From Nitrosopumilales archaeon (GTDB lineage: Archaea; Thermoproteota; Nitrososphaeria; Nitrososphaerales; Nitrososphaeraceae), in NCBI GenBank assembly GCA_044507735.1, contig JBIQJB010000005.1, positions 34,299-95,955 on the forward strand: a stretch of 61,657 nt of DNA. Reading direction: 5' to 3'. The first letter of the stretch is position 1, and each line of letters starts with the position of its first letter. Both the position numbers and the translations under genes were made by a program. The notes under the pieces are model-generated. The model ran no database searches. It was not told the origin of the DNA and saw only the letters and a program-made list of their open reading frames with translations. Of this stretch, positions 29,490-38,199 are shown one piece after another.

Positions 29490-30016
29490 GAAAACCTATT
29501 AGCGTTGTTGGCATCATTATGGGAAGTGACTCCGACCTTCCGGTAATGAAGGAAGCAAAAGAAGTGCTGGATTCATTTGGAGTACCTAGCGAGATAACAA
29601 TAGTCTCTGCTCACCGGACGACAAAAAGGATGGTGGAATATGCCAAGGGTGCCAAGAAAAGGGGCCTCAAGGTCATTATCGCAGGGGCTGGGGGCGCAGC
29701 CCACCTGCCGGGCATGGTCGCCTCGCTAACTCCATTGCCCGTGATAGGAGTGCCTATCAAGACAAAGAGCCTCGATGGTCTGGATTCTCTCTTGTCAATA
29801 GCCCAAATGCCGCCAGGCGTACCGGTTGCCACCGTAGCTATAAACGGTGCCAAGAATGCGGGGATCCTTGCGTGCCAAATAATTGGAACGAGACATCCCG
29901 AGATAGCAGGTAAGGTGGAGAAATACAAGCGCGATCTTGAGTCAAGCGTGCTCAAAAAGGCAGGCAAGTTGGAAAAAGAAGGCATGAAGAAGTACCTGAA
30001 GGGGCTTGGACAGTAG
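29486..30016 (+). CDS. purE: N5-CAIR mutase
   Basis: [31 protein letters not shown]. Confidence 0.96.
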   Translation: MRKPISVVGIIMGSDSDLPVMKEAKEVLDSFGVPSEITIVSAHRTTKRMVEYAKGAKKRGLKVIIAGAGGAAHLPGMVASLTPLPVIGVPIKTKSLDGLDSLLSIAQMPPGVPVATVAINGAKNAGILACQIIGTRHPEIAGKVEKYKRDLESSVLKKAGKLEKEGMKKYLKGLGQ

Positions 30017-30050
30017 AATTTATTTGTAAGCGGCAATTTTATAAATTGTC

Positions 30051-30758
30051 GTGGAACACACACAACATTCTTCCCGTGCTACTGATTCTTACGAAGAACA
30101 TGGTGGACATGGCGACTCCGAGTCCGTCATTGTTAGAAGGATGGCCGTGCATGAGAGGCTGGCAGAGGAGATGAAGAACAGCGGGGTTGATTGCGTACCG
30201 CTCCCGCTCGGTTCGCACAAGCTAGAACGAGAAGAAACCTATTATAGCCACGGATTTGCCCTTTCGCCGAGGGTTGTGACGAACAAAGGTCTGATAGAGG
30301 TCAGAGGCAGAAGCGTTGATTTTGTGCAAGTGTTGCAGAGGGTTTGAGTGAATATGCCAAAGCAAGATCCAGCTCCGTTGCCCTATGGATCGCTCCAATA
30401 TCATCAGGTTCACTATATCGTTAATTGTAAGAGCAAGGAAAATGGAAATTTCCTATCACGATGTGAGCCCATTACAAAGGGTCACCTTGGAAACAAACGT
30501 GTTGTTGGTGTGAGGTGGACCGGCGCGGACCATTTTGCCGAGACATTGCAGGCAGATAGGGAACTTACTGAGATGCTGAAGGAGGTCATGCTCCGGGAAG
30601 GAGAGATAAGAATAGATCCGATGGATGATCACATTAGGATCTATGGCAAGTGGATCCACGAAGAATCCTTTGCATTCAACCAAACTATGTTGGAAATTGC
30701 AGACAGAATAGCAGGTCACATTAAGGCAAGGCTTCGCGCATTGGGCGAAGCTGATTGA
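30051..30758 (+). pseudogene. Hypothetical protein split by one in-frame TGA (30345-30347), or two abutting in-frame ORFs
   Basis: ORFs 30051-30347 and 30348-30758 share a frame with no spacer (..VLQRV*VNMPKQ..). Confidence 0.55.
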
Positions 30759-30837
30759 TTTCTTTTCTACAACAGTATTCACGACTACCGCAAGGAATGA
30801 AGTTAACTTTAATAGTCGTGGAAAAGCGCCAACTTTT

Positions 30838-32655
30838 GTGGAAAAGCAATCACCTTCTCTCAAGTCTGAATTGAAATTTGATGGTAAGACTGTAGTCATC
30901 ACAGGTAGTGGCACCGGTATCGGGCAGGCAATTGCAAAAAAGTTTGCAGAACACGGGGCAAATATCGTCATTATGGGCAGAAGAAAAGAACCACTAGATC
31001 AAACTGCAGATATATTGAAAGAAATAATTTCATCTGTCGGATCTCGGGGAAAGGTTGCAGTTTTTCCAGGTGTGGACGTCTCAGACGAAGCTGGAATCAA
31101 TTCAATGTTTTCCAGTCTGAAAGATCAATTCGGCAAGGTGGATATTATTGTTAATAACGCCGGTGTTTCCGGCCCTGTCAAGACTTTTACAAACGCTAGC
31201 GTCAAGGAGTTCCGCGACGCTGTTGCAATTCACCTAACAGGAACCTTCTGGACTTCTGTGAGTGGATTGAGCGCAATGGAAAAGGGCGGAAAGATAATCA
31301 CGATTGCCACATTCTTCACCGAAGAGAACCGCTATGAGCAGAGACCATACCGCTTCAGGACGCCCTATACAGCGGCCCAAGGCGCCAAGAATCGCCTGGC
31401 AGAGGCGCTTGCATGGGAACTTGCAGAACGTGGCATACGCTCTATTGCAACCAATCCCGGACCTGTTCACTCTGACAGAATTTACAAGACTGTTTACCCA
31501 AAGGCTGCTGCGGAATTCCTCAGAGTTGGAGGTTACCCCGGCTTGAGCTCATTAGAAGTTGAGAAGGTTACTGCGGGCGCTCTTCCGGCACTTGGAGAAC
31601 AAGACGACATTGTTGAAAAGGCATGCAGAGAGGTTGCAGTTGAAATCGCAAGATCACGCGGGCAAGAGTCTGAGGAAGATATCAAGAAGCTCACTGAGAC
31701 GGTGTCTGGTGCCCTTGCCAAGATGCAGGAGATCGCGGAGAAAATACAGAACAACACGAGCAAGATGATAGTCGATGGAGAATTCCTGACACAGGAGGAT
31801 GTGGCAGAGATGGTGATGAACCTCTGCGATGAAAAGATAAGCAAGCTGATTAACGGTAGAGTAATTCCCAATGACCGCGTGTTTTACCCAGTCAAGCCGA
31901 TAGTCGGAACTGCGGTAGAAGGACCGTCACAGCCAGATCTAAATGGCAAGGTCATTATTTTGACGACCAGCTCGTCGGCAAAGAAGGACATCGAGAGGGT
32001 CAAACATGTAGCAAGGCTTGCACAGAGCGCTGGCGCAAAGCAAGTGATAGTACTTGCAAATAACAGGAATGACATGCAAGAATACAGAGAATTCCATAGT
32101 CACGCAATAAACATGATCGACGAAGAAAGCGTAAGGCGCATCTTTAACACTGCACGGACGAAATTTGGCAAGATTGATTCAGTTATTCACTTCACTGGTG
32201 ACTATGATTATAACGTGGCATTCAGTGCGCTTTCGAGGAAGCAGTGGGATGAGCTGGTTGACAACTTTATTTACATTCCAGGTCTCATAACCAAAGAAGC
32301 CGTAAACGCAATGGCTCCACAAGGGGCACTGGAAGAGCCGGCAAAATACAAAGGGTCCAGTGGGACAGTTGTCATAGTAGGACCCGATTCGCCTGTTGGC
32401 AAAAAGATTTCAGGAGTGGTCAGGGCAAGAGCGGACGTATTCAGAGGAGCACTCCGACCATATACTGCAACTGTAAACCAAGAGCTTGGAGATGTGCTAG
32501 GCTCCAGCATAAAGCTACACCTTGTTCTTGCAGGCAATAGCGAAGGCACGGAGCCAGATGCCACGAGGCTGCACAATTCCATACTCCACCTTGCTGCCGG
32601 AATAGCTCTCAAGAGAAATGAAGCAATATTCTATGTCGACGAAGTAAGGGCATAG
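30838..32655 (+). CDS. Tandem short-chain dehydrogenase/reductase, malonyl-CoA reductase-like
   Basis: TGSGTGIG, NNAG, PYRFRTPY, PGPVHSDR in domain 1; helical insert; second degenerate Rossmann domain. Confidence 0.85.
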   Translation: MEKQSPSLKSELKFDGKTVVITGSGTGIGQAIAKKFAEHGANIVIMGRRKEPLDQTADILKEIISSVGSRGKVAVFPGVDVSDEAGINSMFSSLKDQFGKVDIIVNNAGVSGPVKTFTNASVKEFRDAVAIHLTGTFWTSVSGLSAMEKGGKIITIATFFTEENRYEQRPYRFRTPYTAAQGAKNRLAEALAWELAERGIRSIATNPGPVHSDRIYKTVYPKAAAEFLRVGGYPGLSSLEVEKVTAGALPALGEQDDIVEKACREVAVEIARSRGQESEEDIKKLTETVSGALAKMQEIAEKIQNNTSKMIVDGEFLTQEDVAEMVMNLCDEKISKLINGRVIPNDRVFYPVKPIVGTAVEGPSQPDLNGKVIILTTSSSAKKDIERVKHVARLAQSAGAKQVIVLANNRNDMQEYREFHSHAINMIDEESVRRIFNTARTKFGKIDSVIHFTGDYDYNVAFSALSRKQWDELVDNFIYIPGLITKEAVNAMAPQGALEEPAKYKGSSGTVVIVGPDSPVGKKISGVVRARADVFRGALRPYTATVNQELGDVLGSSIKLHLVLAGNSEGTEPDATRLHNSILHLAAGIALKRNEAIFYVDEVRA

Positions 32656-32955
32656 AAAGAAGACGGCAATTACAGCTGAAACTCCCATTATGGGAAAAGT
32701 CAGACGGACCTTTCAAGTAGTAGAGTCTCGACAAGGATGCACTTTAGAAGTGCCTAGTTGAAATGCAAGACAGCATAGCGGTCCCCAATATTGATGTCAC
32801 AGGTAATTCTGGTGCATCATCCTCATCGACAATAGATCAGATTTTGCAGCTACCCGCAAGGTCGAGCCTTAAATGGCAATGACCAAGCTTGGTAGCGGCC
32901 CAAGATAGAAAACCTAGAAGGAAAGTGGCATCCAGATAGAGCAGGCATTCTCCAA

Positions 32956-33750
32956 CTAGCGCAAAGTGAGCCAGTTTGGGATGAGTTTGAAAGACATGGC
33001 TATCAATACTATCCCTACAATCATCAGGGTCAGTCCTAACAATTTCTGCAGGAGTACTTCTTTCGCAGAGCGCGATATCCTTGCTCCAATCTGCGCGCCG
33101 GCGAACGCTCCTGCGGATAGTGAAACAGCCTGCAAGTAGTCAGGATTCAGAAGAGCAGCGTGTACAATGACGCCGGCTATTGAAGTCAGCATGAGAGTAA
33201 ATTGTGACGTAGGAGCGGCCCTATGCATTGTCAATCCAAGCACCAAGAGCATGGATGGCACAAATATTATCCCGCCCCCCACACCAAACATACTTGATAT
33301 CATGCCGGCTCCAAATGATGCCGCGAATACTCCAGCCCGCAACATAACTGAGCGCCTTTTGGCGGCAGCATCATTCAAGATTGAATTCTTGTATAGTACG
33401 TATATGCCAGTAAGGATCAGAATTACTCCAAAGTAGAGTTGAAACGATTCTGCAGAAAGTGATTCTGACAATAATGCGCCCAAGACTGCGCCAGGTATCG
33501 CAAAGGCGGCGATTTCCAATCCCAGACGATAGTTGATCCGCTTTTGGCGAGAATACTCCATAGTAGAGGACACACTCGTTGATGCCACTGCTATTAGGCT
33601 TGTACTAGCTGTTTGTGCTGGTGGCACCCCCAAGAAAGTGAGGGCAGGAACCATTATTATTCCGCCGCCCACTCCGAGCATCGAACCCAAGGTTCCTGCC
33701 CCTAGGCCTACTAGAATGAGAACTACTGCTGCAATGATCGGATCAAGCAA
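32956..33750 (-). CDS. TauE/SafE (TSUP) family membrane exporter
   Basis: Duplicated G.GGG.I.VP motifs and about eight TM segments. Confidence 0.9.
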   Translation of the reverse strand: MLDPIIAAVVLILVGLGAGTLGSMLGVGGGIIMVPALTFLGVPPAQTASTSLIAVASTSVSSTMEYSRQKRINYRLGLEIAAFAIPGAVLGALLSESLSAESFQLYFGVILILTGIYVLYKNSILNDAAAKRRSVMLRAGVFAASFGAGMISSMFGVGGGIIFVPSMLLVLGLTMHRAAPTSQFTLMLTSIAGVIVHAALLNPDYLQAVSLSAGAFAGAQIGARISRSAKEVLLQKLLGLTLMIVGIVLIAMSFKLIPNWLTLR

Positions 33751-34675
33751 CTGTTTTGCATTCCTTATCAGTTCAATCTTATAACACAGGAGGATAAAAT
33801 TTCTTTGCTACGGTCATATTCTTTCCATTCGTGTGTGTCACGAGATGCAAAAGCGCTGCGATCCTGTGGCCCAGTTGACCTGAAGAATATCCTGCAGAGG
33901 CAATTGTAGGGGCTAGCTTTCCCTAATCACATCAATAATCAAATTTCATGTCACGTGTGTTAAAGATTTTCCACAAGAGCTCAGCGCATTCTGACATTCC
34001 TTATCTAAGGTGACAGGATTGGTTGTTGAGAGATTTTCGAATTCTACTGGTTCTGCGTCCTCCATCCTCTTTGGAATGGCAAATTGTTATCCGCTTTAGC
34101 ACTGACGCCTACGCCTGTATTGATGGTTGACGCAGGGTAGGCAGTTGCAATGCAACGTGCAGCAGCAAGAAAAGGTTGTACCAGTAGCCATTAGAAAGCT
34201 CACAGAATGTCAGAAGAAGGAGGACCTGACCTACATGGCAGATTCGGGGATGGAAGCGACTTCGCCACGCACATCACGATAGGAGGAATTGAAATAATTC
34301 GTGCAGCCACGAACCCAAATTGCTTATGTACAATATGGGACAACAACTGAAACTCATGAAAATAGGCCGCAAAGTGACGATTGTGGCTACATGTGCAGCT
34401 GCGGCTGCCTTGGAGATAGGAATATTCATTTTCACCTTCAAGGGCGCAATCCCGCAAGCATGATACAAAACCTGTGACGTTACAAGTGGAAAATCTCGCG
34501 CTTCACACCCGAGTTTGCCGGAGCGCTCTTCTCCTTATGGTTTCCTCGACGTTCTAAATATGGATGCGAGTGTATAGATTTTACAAATTGACCCGGGATT
34601 CAAGCCTCAATCATAGAGCCGCTAGCAGTCAACAATGCTAGTTTTATTAAGCCCACAGAGCGTCAAGAAACCGAG

Positions 34676-35689
34676 TTGCGAGTAATCGTTGTTGGTTTTG
34701 GAGTAGTAGGACAGAGCTTTGCCAAGTTGCTGCTGTCTCGATCAGCCGATCTCTATAGCCAGTATGGAATCAAGCCGCGCATAGTAGCTTGCGTCGATAA
34801 CAAAGGTGCTGTAGTAGAGCCTGCAGGGATAGACCTACAGCGGCTTCTTGAGGTAAAGAAAACAAAGGGCACCGTTGGGCCTAATGAGAAGGGGTATGAC
34901 AGCAAGTTCGACCCATTGCAGATAATTGAAAATGTTGATGCCGAAGTTCTGCTCGAGTGCACTCCAACCAATCTAACAGACGGCGAGCCCGGAACTACTC
35001 ACATAATCGCAGCCATGAGAACTGGGAAGCATGTAATCAGCGTGAACAAAGGCCCGCTGGCCCTGGCGTTCCCCTCACTCATAGAGCTCGCAAACTACAA
35101 CGGAGTGATGCTCAGATTTAGCGGTACAGTGGGTGGAGGGACACCCATTCTCGAATTTGCCAAGCGCTGCCTAAAAGGTGACAGGATAACATCCTTCAAA
35201 GGTATTCTTAATGGGACTACCAACTATATCTTGAGCAAAATGGCAGAGGGACTGACATACCAAAGCGCGTTGCAAGATGCCGCAGAAAAAGGTTATGCAG
35301 AAGCAAACCCATCACTGGATGTAGATGGTTTTGATGCCGCCGCAAAACTAGTCATCATGGCTAATTGGATCATGGGTATGAAGGTCACAATGAAGGACGT
35401 GAGGCGCACAGGGATTACAAAGGTATCAGTTACAGATGTGAAGAAAGCGGCGCAGAGAGGAAATGCAATCAAACTTATAGCATCATGCGATAACAGAAAA
35501 CTGGTCGTTGAGCCGACTGAAGTTTCAAAGTCTGACCCGATCTGTGTAAATGGCACGCTGAACGCAGTGACATTCTCATCAGAACATTCTGGCCAGCAGA
35601 CGATAATTGGACGCGGCGCTGGCGGAATGGAGACTGCCAGTGCAGTTTTGCGAGACCTTATTGAAATAAGAGATACAACATTCAGCTAA
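34676..35689 (+). CDS. hom: Homoserine dehydrogenase
   Basis: GFGVVG, NKGP, VGGGTP, GILNGTTNYIL, GYAE.NP..DVDG.DAAAK, GAGG.ETASA. Confidence 0.95.
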   Translation: MRVIVVGFGVVGQSFAKLLLSRSADLYSQYGIKPRIVACVDNKGAVVEPAGIDLQRLLEVKKTKGTVGPNEKGYDSKFDPLQIIENVDAEVLLECTPTNLTDGEPGTTHIIAAMRTGKHVISVNKGPLALAFPSLIELANYNGVMLRFSGTVGGGTPILEFAKRCLKGDRITSFKGILNGTTNYILSKMAEGLTYQSALQDAAEKGYAEANPSLDVDGFDAAAKLVIMANWIMGMKVTMKDVRRTGITKVSVTDVKKAAQRGNAIKLIASCDNRKLVVEPTEVSKSDPICVNGTLNAVTFSSEHSGQQTIIGRGAGGMETASAVLRDLIEIRDTTFS

Positions 35690-36044
35690 CGCGGGATTGC
35701 TTTTTTGATAGTGGATTCAAAAAGGGGAATTCGATTATCCAACTGTCCTGAAGTAGCAGGATATCGAAGATCAAGTAGTCAGAGAAGACAAGTACAAAAC
35801 TAGGCTTTTGCTACACTGGGAGTATGCGGAATGAATGAATGACGGGTCTTGACACGCGCTAGAAACAATGCAAGACGCCATTCAAAGCACCTTTGATAGA
35901 GATATCTCTGTTCTGCGGATATTAAGGGCTGAAGTGGGGCTACAACCGTAGAGAAAATTTACTTACAATTAAGGCTAGGTTAATAGTAATAACAAAAGTA
36001 GGTATAAATATTACAATCGCCAGTATAATTTCTATATCTTGACT

Positions 36045-36203
36045 ATGCAGATTTTAGCTACTGATGAGCAAAAAAATGAAGGAATCGTAGACGCTGATGA
36101 AATCGCGTGTACTCATTGCAAGGTTAAACCTGCAGAAATCTTCCAAATAAATGGGGAGTTCTGCCTTGACTGCTGGCAGGTCATAACGCACACAAATACA
36201 TGA
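36045..36203 (+). CDS. 52-aa CxxC..CxxC zinc-finger micro-protein (not in ORF track)
   Basis: MQILATDEQKNEGIVDADEIACTHCKVKPAEIFQINGEFCLDCWQVITHTNT*; TATAAATA at 36003-36010. Confidence 0.7.
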   Translation: MQILATDEQKNEGIVDADEIACTHCKVKPAEIFQINGEFCLDCWQVITHTNT

Positions 36204-36244
36204 ATGAATGGGCCGTCGGCACACACGCACATGCGCGCTGACAA

Positions 36245-36961
36245 TCAACTGATTCTGAAACCGCCAAATGAGACGCCAGACCTGGATGTTGTTTCAGACC
36301 TCTGGCTTATCCCGAGCAGATCGATCAGCTCTCGGAGATTCTTTGTTTGGAAATAGACTGAGCCAGGACCTGTTACTTCTGTTGCAAGACCCTCGCCACC
36401 AAGGATGGTAGTTTTCATTCCTCCAACCTTGGTAACGCGATATGCAGCCTGGTCACTCAATGCTACTAGGTGATAGTTGTCAATCATCATTTTTTCTCCA
36501 GCTGCAAGTTGCTTGTGCACGATACCCCCATACGCGTTCAAGAACATATCACCCTGACCTGTGGCTTTGAGCATGAAAAACTCACTCCCAAACAGACCCT
36601 TTGTGAATCCCTGCCACTGTGTGTCGAGAAGTACGCCGGGTGTTGATGCAACATATGATCCTGACTGTACGATAAAGCCACTTCCTTGTTTGACCTCCAC
36701 CCGTACAATGTCGCCAATTGGAGGTCCTGTAAGACCAATCGAGCAGTCGCCATGTGCCAGATAGTCATTTACGAAGAAAGATTCGCCGCCGAGGGCAGTA
36801 ACCTTGATCTTTTTCAAGAAACCCCCGTCACGCGTTCGGGTCTTGATTTCAATGTCGCCTTTCATGTAGACCATTGCGCCTGATTCTGCGGTTATCTTTT
36901 CACCAGAGCCCAAATCGACCTCGAGTATCGCCATAGGCTCTTTCAGGATTCGATATTGCAT
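36245..36961 (-). CDS. AIM24 / TIGR00266 family protein
   Basis: AESGAM, GGESFF.N, ID..H.VA, GGEGL...TGPG...QT motifs. Confidence 0.88.
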   Translation of the reverse strand: MQYRILKEPMAILEVDLGSGEKITAESGAMVYMKGDIEIKTRTRDGGFLKKIKVTALGGESFFVNDYLAHGDCSIGLTGPPIGDIVRVEVKQGSGFIVQSGSYVASTPGVLLDTQWQGFTKGLFGSEFFMLKATGQGDMFLNAYGGIVHKQLAAGEKMMIDNYHLVALSDQAAYRVTKVGGMKTTILGGEGLATEVTGPGSVYFQTKNLRELIDLLGISQRSETTSRSGVSFGGFRIS

Positions 36962-37063
36962 ACATAATTATCTACTTTTGAATTATAATAAACCTTAGCG
37001 TGATTCTGGAACAAATTAATAGCCTTGCAATGCTGATGATCACGATACTATCTGAGGACCTTT

Positions 37064-37543
37064 ATGCTTTCTAAGAGTGAAACCGCGGACCTTTTGGAGA
37101 AGATAAGCTCAACGTGGCCACAGGATGCAGTTCCAAAGGTCAAGAGCATTAAGGTCTGTGAAGTTGAGGAGGGAAAATGCCTTCTAGTTGCGGATGAGAA
37201 TGTTGTCGCAGTTGAGATGCGGCACAATGATAGTGACATCATCATCCCATTCTTGGCCGTCAGGTCCGAAATTCTGCAGCGCTTCCCGTCCGTAACCGTG
37301 GACATGGGTGCCGTGAAGTTTGTGTGCAATGGGGCCAAGGTGATGCGTCCGGGCATCACCAATTTTGATTCATTCAAGAAGGGAGATATTGTCGTTGTTA
37401 AGGATCAGACGCACGGGAAAGCGCTTGCAGTAGGCATTGCGCTTGAGGACAGCGAAGTTGCAAAAGCCATGACAAAGGGCTATGTTATAGACAACATGCA
37501 CTATGTCAGTGATAAAATGTGGGAAGCCTACAAAGAAATCTAG
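37064..37543 (+). CDS. PUA-domain RNA-binding protein
   Basis: VDMGAVKFVCNGAKVMRPGI, HYVSDKMW. Confidence 0.88.
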   Translation: MLSKSETADLLEKISSTWPQDAVPKVKSIKVCEVEEGKCLLVADENVVAVEMRHNDSDIIIPFLAVRSEILQRFPSVTVDMGAVKFVCNGAKVMRPGITNFDSFKKGDIVVVKDQTHGKALAVGIALEDSEVAKAMTKGYVIDNMHYVSDKMWEAYKEI

Positions 37544-38145
37544 GCGTTACGGAGAGCTATTGTTTCTTCCCGTTGGCCGCTCTTTGAGATCACGAGAATG
37601 TCAATCCCGTCGCCGCTTGCCGCATCGCGCTGGACTGCAGACTTGATAGCTCTGATTGCAAGCTCTTTTGCCTTTTCTTCAGTCATGTTTGGCTGGAACT
37701 CTGCGTCCATGATGCCTAGAGCCATTTCTGCACCAGTGCCGACTGCCGCATAGTCATCAGGCAAGACAGAGCCTAGCGGATCGAGAGTATAGATCTCGGG
37801 CTTGCTGTTTATTCCACCGACAATTACCTGTGTGAGGAGTGGAAAATACCTACGCTCAAACATAATTACAGACATCAGCTTTGCGACAGAGTTTGGAGCA
37901 ACCTCGCGCCTAGTCTCGAGCTTGCGAATCTTGGCGAGAGCTTCTACCTGCCTTACCAAAACCTGCATGTCTGCGACCATACCTGCACATGCGGCTCCAA
38001 CATAGTCTGTGACAGAAAAGGTCTTCTTGATGTTCTTGTTTACCACAAAGTTTCCGAATGATACTCTCTTTTCTGCGGCCAAGATAACGCCATTATTGTA
38101 CGAAATGCCGACTACTGTCGCGCCGGGCATAAATTCAAATGCCAT
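37540..38145 (-). CDS. psmB: Proteasome subunit beta (Thr1 replaced by Ala; probably non-catalytic)
   Basis: AG.VAD.Q, DPLG, RDAASGDG; N-terminus GATVVG instead of GTTTVG. Confidence 0.92.
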   Translation of the reverse strand: MAFEFMPGATVVGISYNNGVILAAEKRVSFGNFVVNKNIKKTFSVTDYVGAACAGMVADMQVLVRQVEALAKIRKLETRREVAPNSVAKLMSVIMFERRYFPLLTQVIVGGINSKPEIYTLDPLGSVLPDDYAAVGTGAEMALGIMDAEFQPNMTEEKAKELAIRAIKSAVQRDAASGDGIDILVISKSGQREETIALRNA

Positions 38146-38199
38146 ATATCTAACTCGAGTCTCCAGTTAGATTTAGTCGTTTCTATTGTGCGAATCATT

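Noticed and set aside
30345-30347. Selenocysteine or code reassignment explaining the in-frame TGAs
   Set aside because: TGA is a normal stop in many genes here, the contexts are not redox motifs, and no Sec machinery is visible.
34356-34463. 35-aa hydrophobic ORF MKIGRKVTIVATCAAAAALEIGIFIFTFKGAIPQA
   Set aside because: Looks signal-peptide-like but is too short and lacks promoter or homology support.
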